Made by a program: the position numbers and the translations under genes
NCBI GenBank assembly: GCA_009103225.1
Contig: RHPI01002504.1
Location: 154,220 to 218,219, forward strand
Direction of reading: 5' to 3'
Source of the DNA: Chlorokybus atmophyticus
Lineage: Eukaryota > Plantae > Mesostigma and Chlorokybus algae
DNA length: 64,000 bases
Shown: positions 1 to 18,645 of the stretch, piece after piece
How the letters are laid out: each line of letters starts with the position of its first letter
Numbering within the stretch: the stretch's first letter is position 1
The notes under the pieces: model-generated
Told to the model about the DNA's origin: nothing
The model's database searches: none
The model's input: the letters and a program-made list of their open reading frames with translations, nothing else

Positions 1-4950
<4,950 letters not shown>

Positions 4951-5268
4951 GGCATCCGCCTCCTCCTCCTTCTCCTGCTCCTGCTCCTCCTACTCCGCCT
5001 CCACGTCCGCCTCCGCCGGTAGCACGAGCCAGTGCCACATTCAATGGCGCCAAGGCCTGTCGCCTGTCAGGCGATCCCGTCAGACTGGCTACTGGCGTAA
5101 CTATCCTGTTACGTAAGTGAATATGGCTTGAACCCGCCAGAAGCGTGTCTGGCGTAATCGGTGAATGTTATCAAAGCGTCTCACGTGACTTGGTTGGCAG
5201 TGTTGACACGTGGCGGCAACAGGGATGGCATTCATCGCCGCCGCCACCTCCTCCTCTACCTCCGGCGA

Positions 5269-7299
5269 ATGGAGGCGGCGGGCATGAGCTGGAGGGAGGA
5301 GTGGCGCAGCAGGCGTGCGACGTGTCAAGTGGATGACAGACTGGCTCGGGCGCACAGCTATACGCCTAGCAGGTGTGATGTCAACAAGTTGCGGTGTGAT
5401 GAATATGCCAGATGAGTATCAGATGACTGATTTGATTTCAACTGATGCGTTTTATTTGTGTTTTGTTCAGAGACTTGTCACCCTTGCGGGGCGATATCAA
5501 TGCCTGGCGAACTTTACGCATTGCTAGCAGCCTAGGCAGAGGTGGAGCTTTGGGCCACAGCAAAGCGAGCAAGCTGATCGAAAGTCAACAACCAACAGGG
5601 AAATTGGCCACAGGTGTACTTTATGTTGAAACAGCACTCTTGTTACATACGCAAGGTGAGTCTTGTCTGAAATACGTGCATCGCCTCACTAGTGGTGATT
5701 CATGCAGAGAAGCGAGCATCACTGCTGCAAACATCAAGCATACAAGAGCAGGAGGCGGCTGTGGAGCGTCTCAGAAGACGGGTAGAGCGCCTGAAAGGTG
5801 GGTGTGCACGTGTATTTGTGTTGTATGTGCATGTGCACTGTGTGTGCGTGTATGTGTGCGTGTGCGCGTATGTACATGCGGGTGTCTGCGGGTGTGAGTG
5901 CATGTGTGGTGCACGCATGCGCATCCACCACACATGCAGTCAGACATGCACTCTGTGTAGAAAATATGCAATGCTGTGCATGTGACTCACCATTGCACGG
6001 CCTATGTGACATATACAAGCACCAGCACAATCAATCATGCTGTGCTTATATTTGTGAGGGAGGCATTGTCTTAATCAGCTGCACATAACATGTTTGGCCA
6101 TAGGTGTCACAGGACAACAGAACAACGCCACAACGCAGCATGTGAGGCCAGTATCCGCTCCAAGCGCAATAACCACACCACTAAGTGACCGAGTATCGCA
6201 AGCCTCGGAGCAGACAATGGTCTTTCCGCCAGAATATCGAGATCAAAGGTGACAAGCGCAGCGTTAGCACTCATGCACTGAGCCCATGCATTTAACTGCA
6301 AAGGGGTCTGTATACCAATACGGTCCCTTTCTGCAGCAGAACTGCCATGGGTAATAGCCCCAGCACCGTCGTTACTGGGGGCAGCTCCAGGAGGCGGCTG
6401 TCTATTGTTGAAGAGGATAAAGCGAGGGTGTCGGAAACAAATGATGTCTCCAACTCTAAAGATCAAAGCCAAGTGACAAGTACAGTGGACTCAGCTGCGC
6501 TCGCAACCGCATTGCAAGAGCTCCACAAGTTCACGCAAGCCATCAAACAGGTGCACTGCCTTGCTTCCACAGCATTCGTACTTTGTTATGGCAGCCACCT
6601 GAGCCCAAATGCATTCCTGCAAGGGTATATGTGCAAATGCGCATGTGTAGCAACAGTGTGGGTTTTGGAAGCTGGTACATTGTGACTAAGAGTTGCATCT
6701 GTTGGCAGGCGAGTGTGGCACATGCAGAACTGACAGGTGCTTGCGAATCGGTTGCGGTGGCCTTCACTCGGTTGGCTTCGGTAAGAAGGTCTTATGGTGC
6801 AAGCAGGCCAGTCCCTGATCGACAGCTGAACGCACACACTCGCCAAGTTGGAAGTACTTACCAATGTTACAGTTCAACACTGCTGTAGAGACTAAAGAAC
6901 TTCCTGCACATGTTGCAGGAGCTGAAGTCCCAGAAAAGACCATTGTTGAAAGAGGCCACGCAGGCGAGGTGGCAGTCCACAGTGTCTGCGATCACAGGTA
7001 ACATGCGCCCGCTTTGTTGCTTGTTCAGCATTGCTGCACTGTTGCAACGGGATTTACTCCGACTCGTTGCAGCAATGACAACCTACAACCTGGACCCTTT
7101 AAGTGCAGCGCGTAGGTCGTCACCAGCAACGGAAGTGCAGCAACCAATCAAGTTGGATGAAGAGCTGTTGACCAGAAGCGCACCAGCAAGGTCTTTCAGC
7201 AAGTCTGCTTCCAGGAGAGAGCTGATATCCGATGGGACCTTACAGAAGCACATTGAGAGATACAGATCATCCATAACCAGCAGAGGGCTGGCCTTCTGA
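5269..7299 (+). CDS. Multi-exon gene, unknown protein with a short coiled coil
   Basis: Exons with canonical splice sites join in frame where checked: MEAAGMSWREEW..PSR|DLSPLRG..|EKRASLLQ..ERLK|GVTGQQ..DQR|TAMGNSP..|..SRGLAF*. No family recognised. Confidence 0.6.
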
Positions 7300-7377
7300 C
7301 AGCAAACGGACCATCACGCTGTATCTTGTGTAGCCATAGTCTTGTATGAAGCTGTACAGTAGTATTGACAACCGCGC

Positions 7378-10300
7378 TCAAGGTTTCATCATGCCAGCCT
7401 TCGCATTGTGGCTCGGCGCAGCAGGACTGGCCCCTGACTGCATTGGACCCCTGGTTGCTGGGGGAGATTTTGGCCGAAGCGCCTCAATCTCAGGCGTTGT
7501 GCCAACAAGGTGCAAGTCCTTCCCTTGGAAGCACGCTGCATATGCCTATAGAAAGAGGGTATCAAATATATGACACGACTGATAGAAGAGGTTCATGCAC
7601 TGTTGTCACGCACCAATTACACAACAGCAACTTAAACATGAACATGCGCAACAATAGCTGTATGGCTCACATATCCTTGCAGGAATGTACTGGTAGTTAC
7701 AGAGGTGATGCATTGTACATCATGCATGGGCACGACCTAAACACGTGCATAGCACACAATGTCATCGATGCACACCTCAGGGTTAAAACTTGAAGAAGTA
7801 AGGCTCTTGCCAAGCGTAATCCAACCCTGTCGGATGTTGTGGTCCTCACCAAACAGCTCAAGCCGCCTTCGCCCTTGTACAAAGTGCTCAATGATAGAGT
7901 AAAGCTCATCTGGTTTTGCCGTGCTACCTGAAAGGACATCAATGAGGACTGCCAAGGACAGTATGAAACTAATCACAGCTGTTCTTTCAAAGCACACAGC
8001 ATACCGTATGGAGGTTCTTTGGATATCATTATGTCAGTGTCTATGTTGGCATGAATTAGGTGACCATCTGTAGAGCGCCGCACTGTGCCCTTTATACCCA
8101 TTAAGCAGTGCTCCTTTGTGTGCTGAAGAATGGTTGTTTCATCGTGTATCAGTGTATCACTCATGCGTTCCCTGTCATTAACAGAACTGGAAGTCAGATG
8201 CTAATTGCGACATAAGCCTGGCTGGCAAAGCCTCTGAGTACAATGCATCTAGACCACATCAGCAGCTCTGACCTGTTGGTTTTGACCCAGCATATGTCTT
8301 CACAACGGCGATATCCCCACTTCCTGAGGCAGTTGCGACCTTTGTCAAGACCCTCTCCATCCCCGACCCACAAGAACAGAAATGATGGCGTGTCTGCAAT
8401 GGCCTCTATGCGCAGCGCTGCAATCTCCTCCCATGTCCATGTCTCTAGCTTCTCGCTGATGCCTGCATGCAACACAAGGTAAGACTTCACCAGCTTGGCT
8501 AGCCTTTGGGCTGAGAAGTGGTTGAAGTTGGATGTCTTCTCACCAGGCGCCCTGCGCGCATATTCCTCCATTGGTGGATCTATCAGGACCACATCAAACT
8601 TGACTCCACCGAACAAAGCCGGACTGAGCTCGACTTCCTGCCCATCAACTAGTCAATACCAACCCCCATCACTTGTCATTGTCTATGGGAAGCTGACTCA
8701 TGCCAAGCATACAATCCTCTTTGTTGACGTATTGAAGGTGCAAAGACAACAATGTCACCTTCAAGTCCAACTGCTTGTACATGGCAGGGGTTGAGCGCTC
8801 AGCAATGAGAGCATCTTTCCTTGATATCAACTCCTTCAGCTTGGGATACTCCTCAAAGCGATCAACCACATCCACATCCCGGATGAAGTTCTGAACAGAA
8901 ACAAGCATCAGCTAAAATGTTTGTATAGCTCATGCACATGGGAAGGTGGCTACCCAACCTGTGGTCTTTGGCCAGTATCCACAAAATGTTGCGAGTAATC
9001 GTTCTGTTCACCGCGGCTTTGGCCCCTGCCAATGCCTGCGGCTGCAGCTGTAAGCAACACTAACTACATCCTTTGGGCTTGAATTGGTAACAGAATGTGC
9101 ACTCACCTGGGGGCATGCCGGGTCTGCCAGGCCCATGCATGAATGGATCCATACCCATGCCCATTCCTGGGCCCATCCCAGGTGGGTGCATCATTCCCGG
9201 GACTATCCCTGGACCAAAACCTGGTTCCATGCCATGGCCGGGACCCATCATGCCAGGACCTGGCATCATTGGGCCTCCCCAAGGGCCGTCGAACGGCATT
9301 GGAAACATCATGTTGGGTCCTGGCATGAATCCTGCAGCAAAAGCAGCTCAACCGGTCATATTAAAAGCAGGCTTATGCCACGAACAAGCTGCAAGAGACT
9401 TGGTTAGCCATGTACCTCTTCCTCGCCCTCCTTGTCCCATGCCTCTTCCCATAGCACCATTCGGCATGCCTGCATGCAGCCTTTTGTTATTGACTGAGCA
9501 GGGCTGTGTACAAAGGTGAAAACGACAAGATTCACATCACGCAGGCTTCAACTTGCCACTGTGCTTGGTGGGTGCCAAAACACACCTGCTTCCATTGGAT
9601 GAAAGCCGCGACCTCTCCCTCTGCCCCTCCCTCGCCCAGGTCCTGAAAACTCTGGCCGAAAGCCTGGTGGCGCCATATCCATAGGGCCGTGAAAGCCCTC
9701 ATAACCTTCCGGACCAAAATCTTGTCCAAATGTAGGTGGACTCCTGCCTGCAGTCAGCGACGCATAACTCGACAACGCTCCGACCCGCATACACCCGTCT
9801 CGCAGAGTGATAGCTTTGCGCTTAGAGCAGCAATTGCTTAACATAAACACTGCATCCACTCACCAGAGCCTGGTCTGCCACGTCCCCTGGCACGAAGCCG
9901 TTCCTACGAACCGGAAAGGCAACTGTCACACACGGAAAACCACGACAAACAGGAGCAGGTGGTGGCTTACTTGCTCGGCCCAATCTGCATCACCATCGCC
10001 TTCTGCAAGTGGTTCAGGCCGTCGCAAGTCCATGCGAGGACGTTCTTGGCGATACACGTCTGGCTCTGCATCTCCCCTTCGCTCCACCCTGTCAATGAAG
10101 TCTCTGTCGTGACGCCGGGCGTCTCGAGGAGGGGTATGGCCCCAGCTTTCCTCACGATCCCGCACATCGTCCTGAGGACTATCCACCGTACATCAGTTCC
10201 GCTACAGAGTTAGAACCAAGTTTCTTGCTGCGCGCATGTGTGGTCTCACCCGCGTCCATGTTTTGGGCGCCCTTCACGCATATTCACATCTCTGTTATCC

Positions 10301-11923
10301 CTGTTGGTATATACATGGGAGTTACACACCATTGTGCAATTTCACTTAGCTACCAAATGTGCAGTACAGCAGGCTGCAGTGCAGTTGGCAACTTGCCTTC
10401 GATCCCTTTCCACAACTCCAGCGCGAACCCGCTCGCCTGGTCGTTCTTTCTCTGCAGCCCGGTCTCTGCTTCGGCCTCTATCTCGCTCTCTATCCCTATC
10501 CCTATCCCAATCCCTATCCCTATCCCTACCCCTGTCCCTATCCCGATCAGTATCCCTATCCCTATCCCTATCCCTGTTCCTGTCCCCATCCCTATCCCTA
10601 TCCCGGTCCTGATACCGAACAGACTCACGTTCCCTTCCCCGCTCCCAACCTGTTAATTTGTCTGGCTGCGCCTCTTTGACTCGCTCACGCCCATCCCACT
10701 CCCTTGTTGGTCTGTCTCTATCTGTCATGCGGTCTCTCGACCTTCCCCGAACCGTGTCCTGCTGCTGTCTGTCAAGTTCACGATCCCTGTCGGACAAGCT
10801 GTCCGCGCGAGGTGGTGGATTGGATGGCAGTTCATCACGTGGTGCGCGACTGCGGCTGCGGTTTTGCCTAAGAGGTGCCTTGACACCAGGTGCATTGGTC
10901 TCCATTGGCGCCGCCTCGTCCTACACGAGCGCAGGTATACACATGGGTGCGTTTGTGTGTGTATGCGTGTGCGCACGCACACGCGCTTGCGTGTATGCAT
11001 CCGCGTGCGTGGGCATGCGCTTGTACGTTTCTGTACATGTGCTTGTGTGGGTGGGTGCGTATAAGTATGGGTGCATGAGTGCTTGCGCGAGCGAGAGGGC
11101 GCGCGTGTGCATATGTGGGCGAGTGCGCGGCACGCACTAAAATGCATGTGGCTGCAAGTGAGTGCACGTGTGCAAGTTCATGCGCGCTTGCATGCCAAAC
11201 ATAAGAACGCACCTGCACTACCGCAGGCCGACGCACGCCCGCCTCACCTCTGCACGACAAACACCATGACATGAGTGACAGCCATGGCGCTGTGGCAAAC
11301 TTGCACAGGATGCATTGCCATGCTACGCACTGCAGCTGGGCCTTGTAAGTTAAGAAGCTGCTCAGTGTTTTGCATAGAAGCATGGTGAACATGGCAGATC
11401 TCAAGCTGCAATGCACAGCAACGACACAGCAGTTGCAGCCACATTTTGATTGCACGCAGGCTCCTGCATGGGACGCAGGCGGCTGTGATGGCATGACAAG
11501 AAAAGTGCGATGACACGACAAGAACACAAACGCTGAACGACTATCTCTCTTACAAAGCCGTGCTTGTGTTCCTTGGCTGCACATAATGCTTCACAGGTCC
11601 ACATGCACACGCGCCAACCTGCATGCGCAACTTCAACAAACTACCGACCTGTTTCGCTTCCAATGTCTACCACCGTCGGAATTATTGCTGTCATCTTCGT
11701 CCGCATCTTCGACATGATCAGCAACGACGCGCGGTTGCTGCTGCTGTTGCTGTTGCTGCTCATCCGCAGCTCTGTCCTCTTGGTCTGCCCTGCGAAGTGC
11801 CCCGCCCAGAAGAGGACTGCCGCCCTCGCTCGTTCCACTCGACGTGTCACTGCTGGACTCGCTACCACCCCTTGTAGACGGCCTCCGGGCGCTCATACCG
11901 CCCACGCCGCCCACCCCACCCAT
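7378..11923 (-). CDS. METTL14: m6A writer subunit METTL14 (plant MTB), MT-A70 family, with long RD-rich and GPM-rich N-terminal region
   Basis: Exons encode [15 protein letters not shown]|[133 protein letters not shown] and [17 protein letters not shown]. Start codon is uncertain (11923 or 11896). Confidence 0.95.
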
Positions 11924-12218
11924 GCCACCGGCAACACCACAACCATGCCCTAAACCCAAAACTAAACCCTAGTGCAAGCGAACGTTAAAGCAGCAGAACA
12001 TACGTTAAGGCTGATGGGAGATTGCACTTTTAGTTGTAACCATACGTAATGTAGTAACGTGCGCAGACCGCAATCCAACCCTAAGCTTCAGTTCAAGGGC
12101 AGGGTTTTGGGCGTGGGCGTGGGCGTGGGCGGTGGCGGTGGTGGTGTCTGTGGTGCTGGTGTTCAAGGTGTGAGGCTACTTGGCTTCGAGATGCGGAAGT
12201 GGTGAAACGCCCGCTAGC
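11924..12218. promoter_or_regulatory. Short bidirectional promoter region with telo-box-like (AAACCCTA / AGGGTTT) motifs
   Basis: About 295 bp between divergent ATGs; ccctaaacccaaaactaaaccctag near 11948-11972, aaccctaag near 12077, agggtttt near 12101. Confidence 0.55.
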
Positions 12219-14438
12219 ATGGCCTCCGACACTGCCCGGCTGGGGAAAGGCGGGGTGCAGGGGGTGGTGAGATGGCTCAAGCACCAGCCTCCAAAGACCA
12301 AGGTGCAGCGCTGGGTCTGCGTTCTCATCAAATATATAAACACAAGCAACTCTTGTTCAGTTTGTAAAGCTTTGTACATTGGTGTTTCAGCTGTGCGAAG
12401 CAAGATTCATTGTCTCATCCTGCATGACCTCCATACCAAGTTTGGTGACTGTGTCCTGCAATGATAGTGCATCATGCTGAACGCAAGTGCAGCTGGCACT
12501 TACGGCCGCAAGCCTCCGATATTGCTATCTACTTTTCCTCAATAATGAAACAAGTGTTCAAGAAGTAACGGTTTGTTTGCATTAGTCCTCTCAAGCACAT
12601 TGAGCAGTCTGACGTCGGCACAATGACTTTTGCGCAGTGTTATAAGCACGACGCCGATAAATGACAAAGCACACTATGTTGATGCTTGCATGCCGGCATA
12701 TCGTGTTTGCAATCATCATTGTTTGTCGTGCTTGTTGTGTTATGACATGGTGCGCGGCGTGTTCCATGTTGTTAACAGAGTATGTGATACCCATTCTATC
12801 GTATGCATGTTGAGTAAGACTTCAACTGTGCCGTGTGCACCATAATCAACTCAGGTTGCTTTCTGATGTTGCAGGGTATATTGTCGGCTGTCGCAGCTCT
12901 ACTTGCCCTTCTGCTCCTGTACCTAATAGTTGAAGACCATGACAACTTGTTTATACTGGCGGAGACTGTGCACGCGCTGGGTATTACGGTTCTACTCTAC
13001 AAGTTGATTCGAGAAAAGTCTTGTGCAGGTTGGTTGGTGAAGTATGGTGCTGGGATGAGCAGCACATGTTGCAAGTTTTTCAGCCTTGTGTTCTCGGTGA
13101 ACTCTTTACCATGTCATTGAAGGATGAGATTTGCCTGCCTCCTGCATGTAACAGATTGTCCACTTGTGCAGGCTTGTCGCTGCGCTCGCAAGAGTTGACC
13201 GCCATTTTCCTTGGGGTACGATTGTACTGTAGGTGAGTTTCATGTGCACTGCGTGCACAGGTAGCCGCCATGTCTATCCTTCCTGCTGTGTCTTGGTTTC
13301 ACAAGGTACCAAGTGCATCACTACGAAAGCAAGCACATGTGAACAGACATTCTGGTTACCCATCAAAGCAAGCCAGGCTGTTGCGGTCACATTGGAACCG
13401 TAGTCCCTTGCATCCAGCATGTGCACCGCTTATTGTACCTGAACAGAATCTTGCAGCCTAGTGTTCTCAGTTGTGAATGGCCTGGTGGCCACTGTATGTG
13501 TGACACATATTGGTGCCTGCAGTTTTGTGATGGAGTACGACATACACACGCTGCTGGATCTGGTCACTCTGGCGGTCACTGTTTGGGTGATTTACATGAT
13601 GCGCTTCAAGCTGCAAGCCTCATACGCGGCAGACCTCGACACTCTCCAACTGCCCTACATAGTAAGGCAGCTAGCAAGGCACACTGTTTACAAAGTTGTC
13701 ACATTTGCGTCTGTCAAGTGCGTTGACAGGGTGCACTTGCAGGTAATACCGGCTGCTGTTATGGCACTGGTAATCAACCCCAACACCAACCATAAATACT
13801 TTTATAGGGTAAGCAGCCGCTCTTGCTTTGCTGCATACTGTGTTATGTCTAACTGTACAACGCTTGACAGGTTTTGTGGGCGTTCTGTGTGTATGTAGAG
13901 GCGGTCTCAGTACTGCCTCAATTGCATCTCATGCAGAACACTAAGGTATAGTGCGCTTGCACATTGGAGGTGTCATCATTGATGCACACTGTGCAAGCGT
14001 TGAACAGTCTTCAAGTCTTGACAGGTGGTTGAGCCCTTTACAGCGCATTACGTGTTCTCACTCGGTGTAGCACGCTTTCTTTCCTGTGCACACTGGGTCC
14101 TACAGGTCAGGACTGTGGGTGGCTGTGCTAGTCAACACTGACTTGAGAAATGTGTATCTTCGTTGTTGACACATGTGTTTTGCAGGTGATAGATGGCAAC
14201 TCGTTTTTGATGAGCATGCTGGGGTCCGGTCTTTGGCCTTCTGTGGTGCTTCTGTCTGAAGTGGTTCAGACATTCATCCTGGCAGACTTCTGCTACTATT
14301 ACATAAAAAGGTCAGGCCGCATTTGTCATGCACATGTCATGTGATGCCAGTGCTTGCTTGCCTGATGTGTTTCTGGTGATATTTGGCAGCATGATGGCCG
14401 GTTCATCTGTTGTGCGGCTACCAGCAGGCGTGGTTTGA
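12219..14438 (+). CDS. ERD2: ER lumen protein-retaining receptor family, ERD2-related (ERP-type) protein
   Basis: Exons encode VRWLKHQPPKTK, DHDNLFILAETVHALGITVLLYKLIREKSCAG|LSLRSQELTAIFLGVRLYC|SFVMEYDIHTLLD, CVYVEAVSVLPQL, VEPFTAHYVFSLGVARFLSCAHW, GLWPSVVLLSEVVQTFILADFCYYY, VVRLPAGVV*. Confidence 0.93.
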
Positions 14439-16206
14439 GCCTTGCTTGTAATCTAGGCTAGTTGACCTTGGGATGAAGCATGGTTTTGGAGCGTGATGAT
14501 AGTGTTGCCAGCCAATAGTGAGTTGCCAAGCCAAGGTAATCTGAGGTGTCAGCATCAGCATTCAACATGCTTGATAAGCAGCGCCGGCTGCATCAGAAGC
14601 AAGGGAGAGGTTGTGTGATGCATAAGCATTTCAAGAGATTGTTCGTGGTTGAATCACGCACATCAACCATACAGCGTATACATGCATATGGTATACAAAG
14701 TATATGGCACAATGTGTGGTGCATGTCAATGCACAGCTACGCAGCACACATTATGCAACACGCAGTCAACACCCATGGCTGATAGGCAAAGCAGGAATAC
14801 TTTCAACTACACCCGGTGCCCCTTAACTTGCTATGCCAAATGTGCTGCGCTTACAAGTAAAGATAGCGTTCAAGCACAGACACGTGTGGTTTCAACCTGA
14901 TTGCTGTTTGCAACCAATCGTGCCGGTTCCCAATCAACGCAATTGCTGATTAGCAATCATGGTTATTGAGACGAGAGCTAGCATGCACGGTGCCATCCGC
15001 GTCCGAATAACGCGGGCACTTAAACGCAATCGCCGTGTTTACCACTTCGTAACCGAGTGATTATGTGAAAACTAGCACGGTTGGTTGTAACTTGCAAGTA
15101 ATAGTAATAGCAATAAGACCACAGCAATGCATAGTACACAACAGATGGAGGCCAATCAGTCAAGCCGGCAAGCACCACACAACATGTATATATTTTCTTG
15201 GTATGACATGATAGCAAGGTTATGGCTGTATACAGCTTGCAATTGCAATGTCATTAGATTTGGATCGCTGCTTCACTTGTAAATGTTGAAATGCAACGGA
15301 TGGCACGCAACAGCGCTATATAATACTGATATACTTTATGTTAAACACACCTGTACATGATTGTGCATGCAGCTACACTTCACTCAACCCACAAAAGTTC
15401 TTAAGTCGCAGAGACTTAGCATGGAGTGCATAAACGTTTTTGAAAGGCAACTTGAGTTGTTAACTCGTTGTTGATGTGAGATTGTTACTTTGTACAAAAC
15501 AAGCGAATGCATGCAGTAGAGCTATGCTATGATGAATGTATATGATGAAACACAAGGCTCCAGAACAAAAGTAAACACATCATAATATATGTGGTTGATT
15601 ACATGGCCTTTTACACACACTTGCATCTTCTAAAAAAAATGGCATTGTTATTCTACAAGTCACTCAGTTTGCATTAACAATGGTATGTATACATGGTGAC
15701 AACTTTGCTATGCATAACACAGTGTGTAGTGCATAGCCTATGTGATAGAATAATGTTATGCTTTTAAAAACACATTGCAAACATACAGATTCATGCGTTG
15801 GTGTATGTACGGAGCACACTTTGTGGAAGAAGTAACCCGGTTGCTGGATGATATGCAAGCGCAAGGTTACAACCGACGCACGCTCCCCTCCAAGCTACGT
15901 TTCATGATGGATCAAGCCAGGATTCGTGTTTGATACTACACATAGACACTTGTTCCAGCTTATAGCAAGTGTAGCAACACATGCTGGTTACGGGTGAGGT
16001 GGGGTGGATGATGCATCCATACATGCATGTATGCACTGCAACACCAGTGGGGAGCATGATATGCCCGCTGTTGGTTTGTGTCCATGCTTATCTTACGGTT
16101 GATGCACTGCCTGCATTAACCTAGCGGCCATACATGACAATGCTTGCAGCATTTGTGAGTGGTGAGAATTGGCAGCGGTATAAGGAGCTGTCATAGCGAG
16201 TGGCAG

Positions 16207-16720
16207 TGTCACAGCCCACTCGACCATAAAAGACTTGGTGCTTTTATGGTCGGTATTTGTGGTAATTTCATGTACCTTCCCGTTACATTCCCCCCCACTT
16301 AAGAACGCTGACGTCCTCGGCAGCTAGCTCCCATCAGCCCAGGGGTCTGATTAGGGTCGGTCACCGGCCCCACCACTCAAGGACCGGCCAGTTTAGGCCC
16401 ATACCGGTCAACGCGCTCATAGCGCGCCGCTGCCGGTCCCACAAGTTGCGTCGCCGCGATAGGCAGGTCGCGCCCTGCCGCGCCGACTGAACTGGTCAGT
16501 TCGGCGCAACTGCCATTAGGCAAGTCGCGACCTATTGATAATGGCACTTATAAAGTGACCATTTACGATGTTATTGGATCGAGAAACAACGACCGCGGAG
16601 TTTGTGTGCAAGGCGAGAATCGAACCCGGGTCTCAAGCTCCTATGAATGTCACAGCCCACTCGACCATAAAAGACTTGATGCTGTTCTAGTAGATTTATG
16701 GTATGTACCTTCCCGTTACA
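16207..16720 (-). mobile_element. TRIM-like non-autonomous LTR retroelement, 514 bp
   Basis: Short TG..CA LTRs at 16648-16720 and 16207-16287, both reading TGTAACGGGAAGGTACAT...TGGGCTGTGACA on the minus strand; 5-bp TSD GGCAG at 16202-16206 and 16721-16725; PPT GTGGGGGGGAA next to the 3' LTR; no ORF. Confidence 0.88.
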
Positions 16721-17125
16721 GGCAGTGCGGGGGCTGGTTGTCCGCATCAGCAATGTCCACCTCTCGGTCGTGGGCCTAACCTCTCCCCTCCTCTACTCTG
16801 TGTCTGTGCGCACTCTTGCACAGGCACCAGCCCATGCTTCACTTCTGCTGCTGCTGTCTTAGTCTCATACTGCGCACAGAATCCAGCCCCCTAGCCTTGT
16901 ATAGCTAGATTGCTTGCGCTTGAGGTTGTAATTTCTGGTGTCTTGCTTGTTTACTAATCTGGCCCCTTTATGTTCGATACACTACCCTATTGCGTTGATA
17001 CACAATGGTTACATACTTAATGCTTGTTATACTTGTTGCAATCATGGCATTGCATTGTTAATTTACATGTGGGCGAAGGTAATAATCGTTTGAATGGCCA
17101 TGCATGCATGCCTAACGGGGTAGGT

Positions 17126-17286
17126 GTATATATATAAGTATATATAAAAATATATATATATATACATATATATGTATATGTATGTACATACATACATATA
17201 CATATAGATATATATTATATTAATATATATAATAAGATATATATGTGTATATGTGTATATATACATATATATATATATGTGTATGT
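17126..17286. repeat. (TA)n-rich microsatellite
   Basis: Directly visible; a second (TA)n run lies at about 18281-18316. Confidence 0.95.
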
Positions 17287-18021
17287 GTGTGGTTAACGCC
17301 GTACGTAGTGAGCGGCATAGCTGCAGTGAGATATCGTATCCCGCTGGTGATGTGCCACATCAACATGCGGTAAGTTGAAGCACGATGAGGACGGTGTGAT
17401 GAAGTTGTGTATGTCACCTTGGTGCGGATTGACTTGCATGTGCATTAGCCACCTGGCAACTTTTGCACGTATCAAGAACACATGGGCTTTATGCTGAAAG
17501 GGACCGCTATTGAGCTAACATAACAAGTCTTACCAATTGTGTAAGTTGCAAACAAGGTCAACATAATCATGATGTGCATCGGGACAAAGAGTAACTCAAA
17601 TTGTGCAATAGCGCCCGCCATGTGTGCCAGCCATTTGACAACAACAGGTGCTGAGCGCAAGGTGTTGAAAGATGACACTCAATCATGATAATCAGCAGCA
17701 ATACATTAACAGTAACGATGATCGTGAAGTTATGGCGCATTCGTACCTACTCACATAGCCGATGTTGTACCTCGAACCCCCAAATAACGGAGTGTAACGC
17801 GCACTCGCATAGATGGCAACGGCTGTGTACATAAGTCTTAAGAGCTGATGTGTGTGTGGTTGGACCATTGTGATGTAGTGTGCGGTGTGTGAGCGTGCAG
17901 TGTAATAGGGAGCAACTCGCGCAGTGTGGTACATTAATGTACATACAATACAATACACTTGGCACTTAATTGATGCACGTATACACATATGATTATGCTC
18001 ACCTCCAGTTTGAAATCGTGG

Positions 18022-18279
18022 TTTGCCGCGCCGCGTGACGTGATGCGCGTCGTGATGTGACGCCGCCGTGTACCTGAAACAATGCGTCTATCTTAACGTG
18101 TGTGTATGGTGCACATATAAGGCGTCTTCTATAGTGCCACCTACTTCTAATCGTACGGTACACAGGCCCCGTGGTCCATTGTAATCTATAGCAACGGTGG
18201 ATATTGCTTGTCTTATTCTGTAGCTTAATCTTTACCTTAACATGTATGTGTCTTAACGTTATTATGTCATACCGCCATG

Positions 18280-18320
<41 letters not shown>

Positions 18321-18528
18321 GTGTAGTTTACCGCGCCGCGTGATGTGATGTACGTCGTGATGTGACGCCGCCGTGTACTGAGACGCCACATGTATCTTAA
18401 CGTGCGTGTATAATGCACAAATAAGGCGGCTTTTAAAGTGTCGCCTACTTGAGAACGTACGATGTTTAGGCACCGCGGTCAATTGTAATCTATAGCAACG
18501 GTGGAAATCATTCTTCTTTATCTGTTAA
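18022..18528. repeat. Two diverged direct repeats of about 200 bp separated by a (TA)n run
   Basis: ccgcgccgcgtga.gtgatg..cgtcgtgatgtgacgccgccgtgtac ... ttgtaatctatagcaacggtgga occurs at about 18022-18225 and 18327-18528. Confidence 0.85.
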
Positions 18529-18596
18529 GTGCATTTGGCGTCACATAATGTGATGTATATTATGAATGTGATGCACGTAGTGCGTGAGGCCGCCGT

Positions 18597-18645
18597 ATCC
18601 GTAACCGTAACCGTAACCGTAACCGAGCCCGTTACCGTAATCGTG
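18597..18645. repeat. Short (CCGTAA)n hexamer array
   Basis: ccgtatccgtaaccgtaaccgtaaccgtaaccgagcccgttaccgtaatcg. Confidence 0.85.

Noticed and set aside
10225-10679. IPIPIP, YPYP and GIGIG ORFs
   Set aside because: Other frames and strand of the RD-repeat exon of METTL14
16605-16680. Functional tRNA gene
   Set aside because: A and B boxes are present but the acceptor-stem halves (TCTTTTA / CTTGCAC) do not pair; it lies inside a TRIM
18597-18645. Telomere or chromosome-fusion scar
   Set aside because: Only about five degenerate CCGTAA units; the CCCTAA motifs elsewhere are also short and promoter-associated
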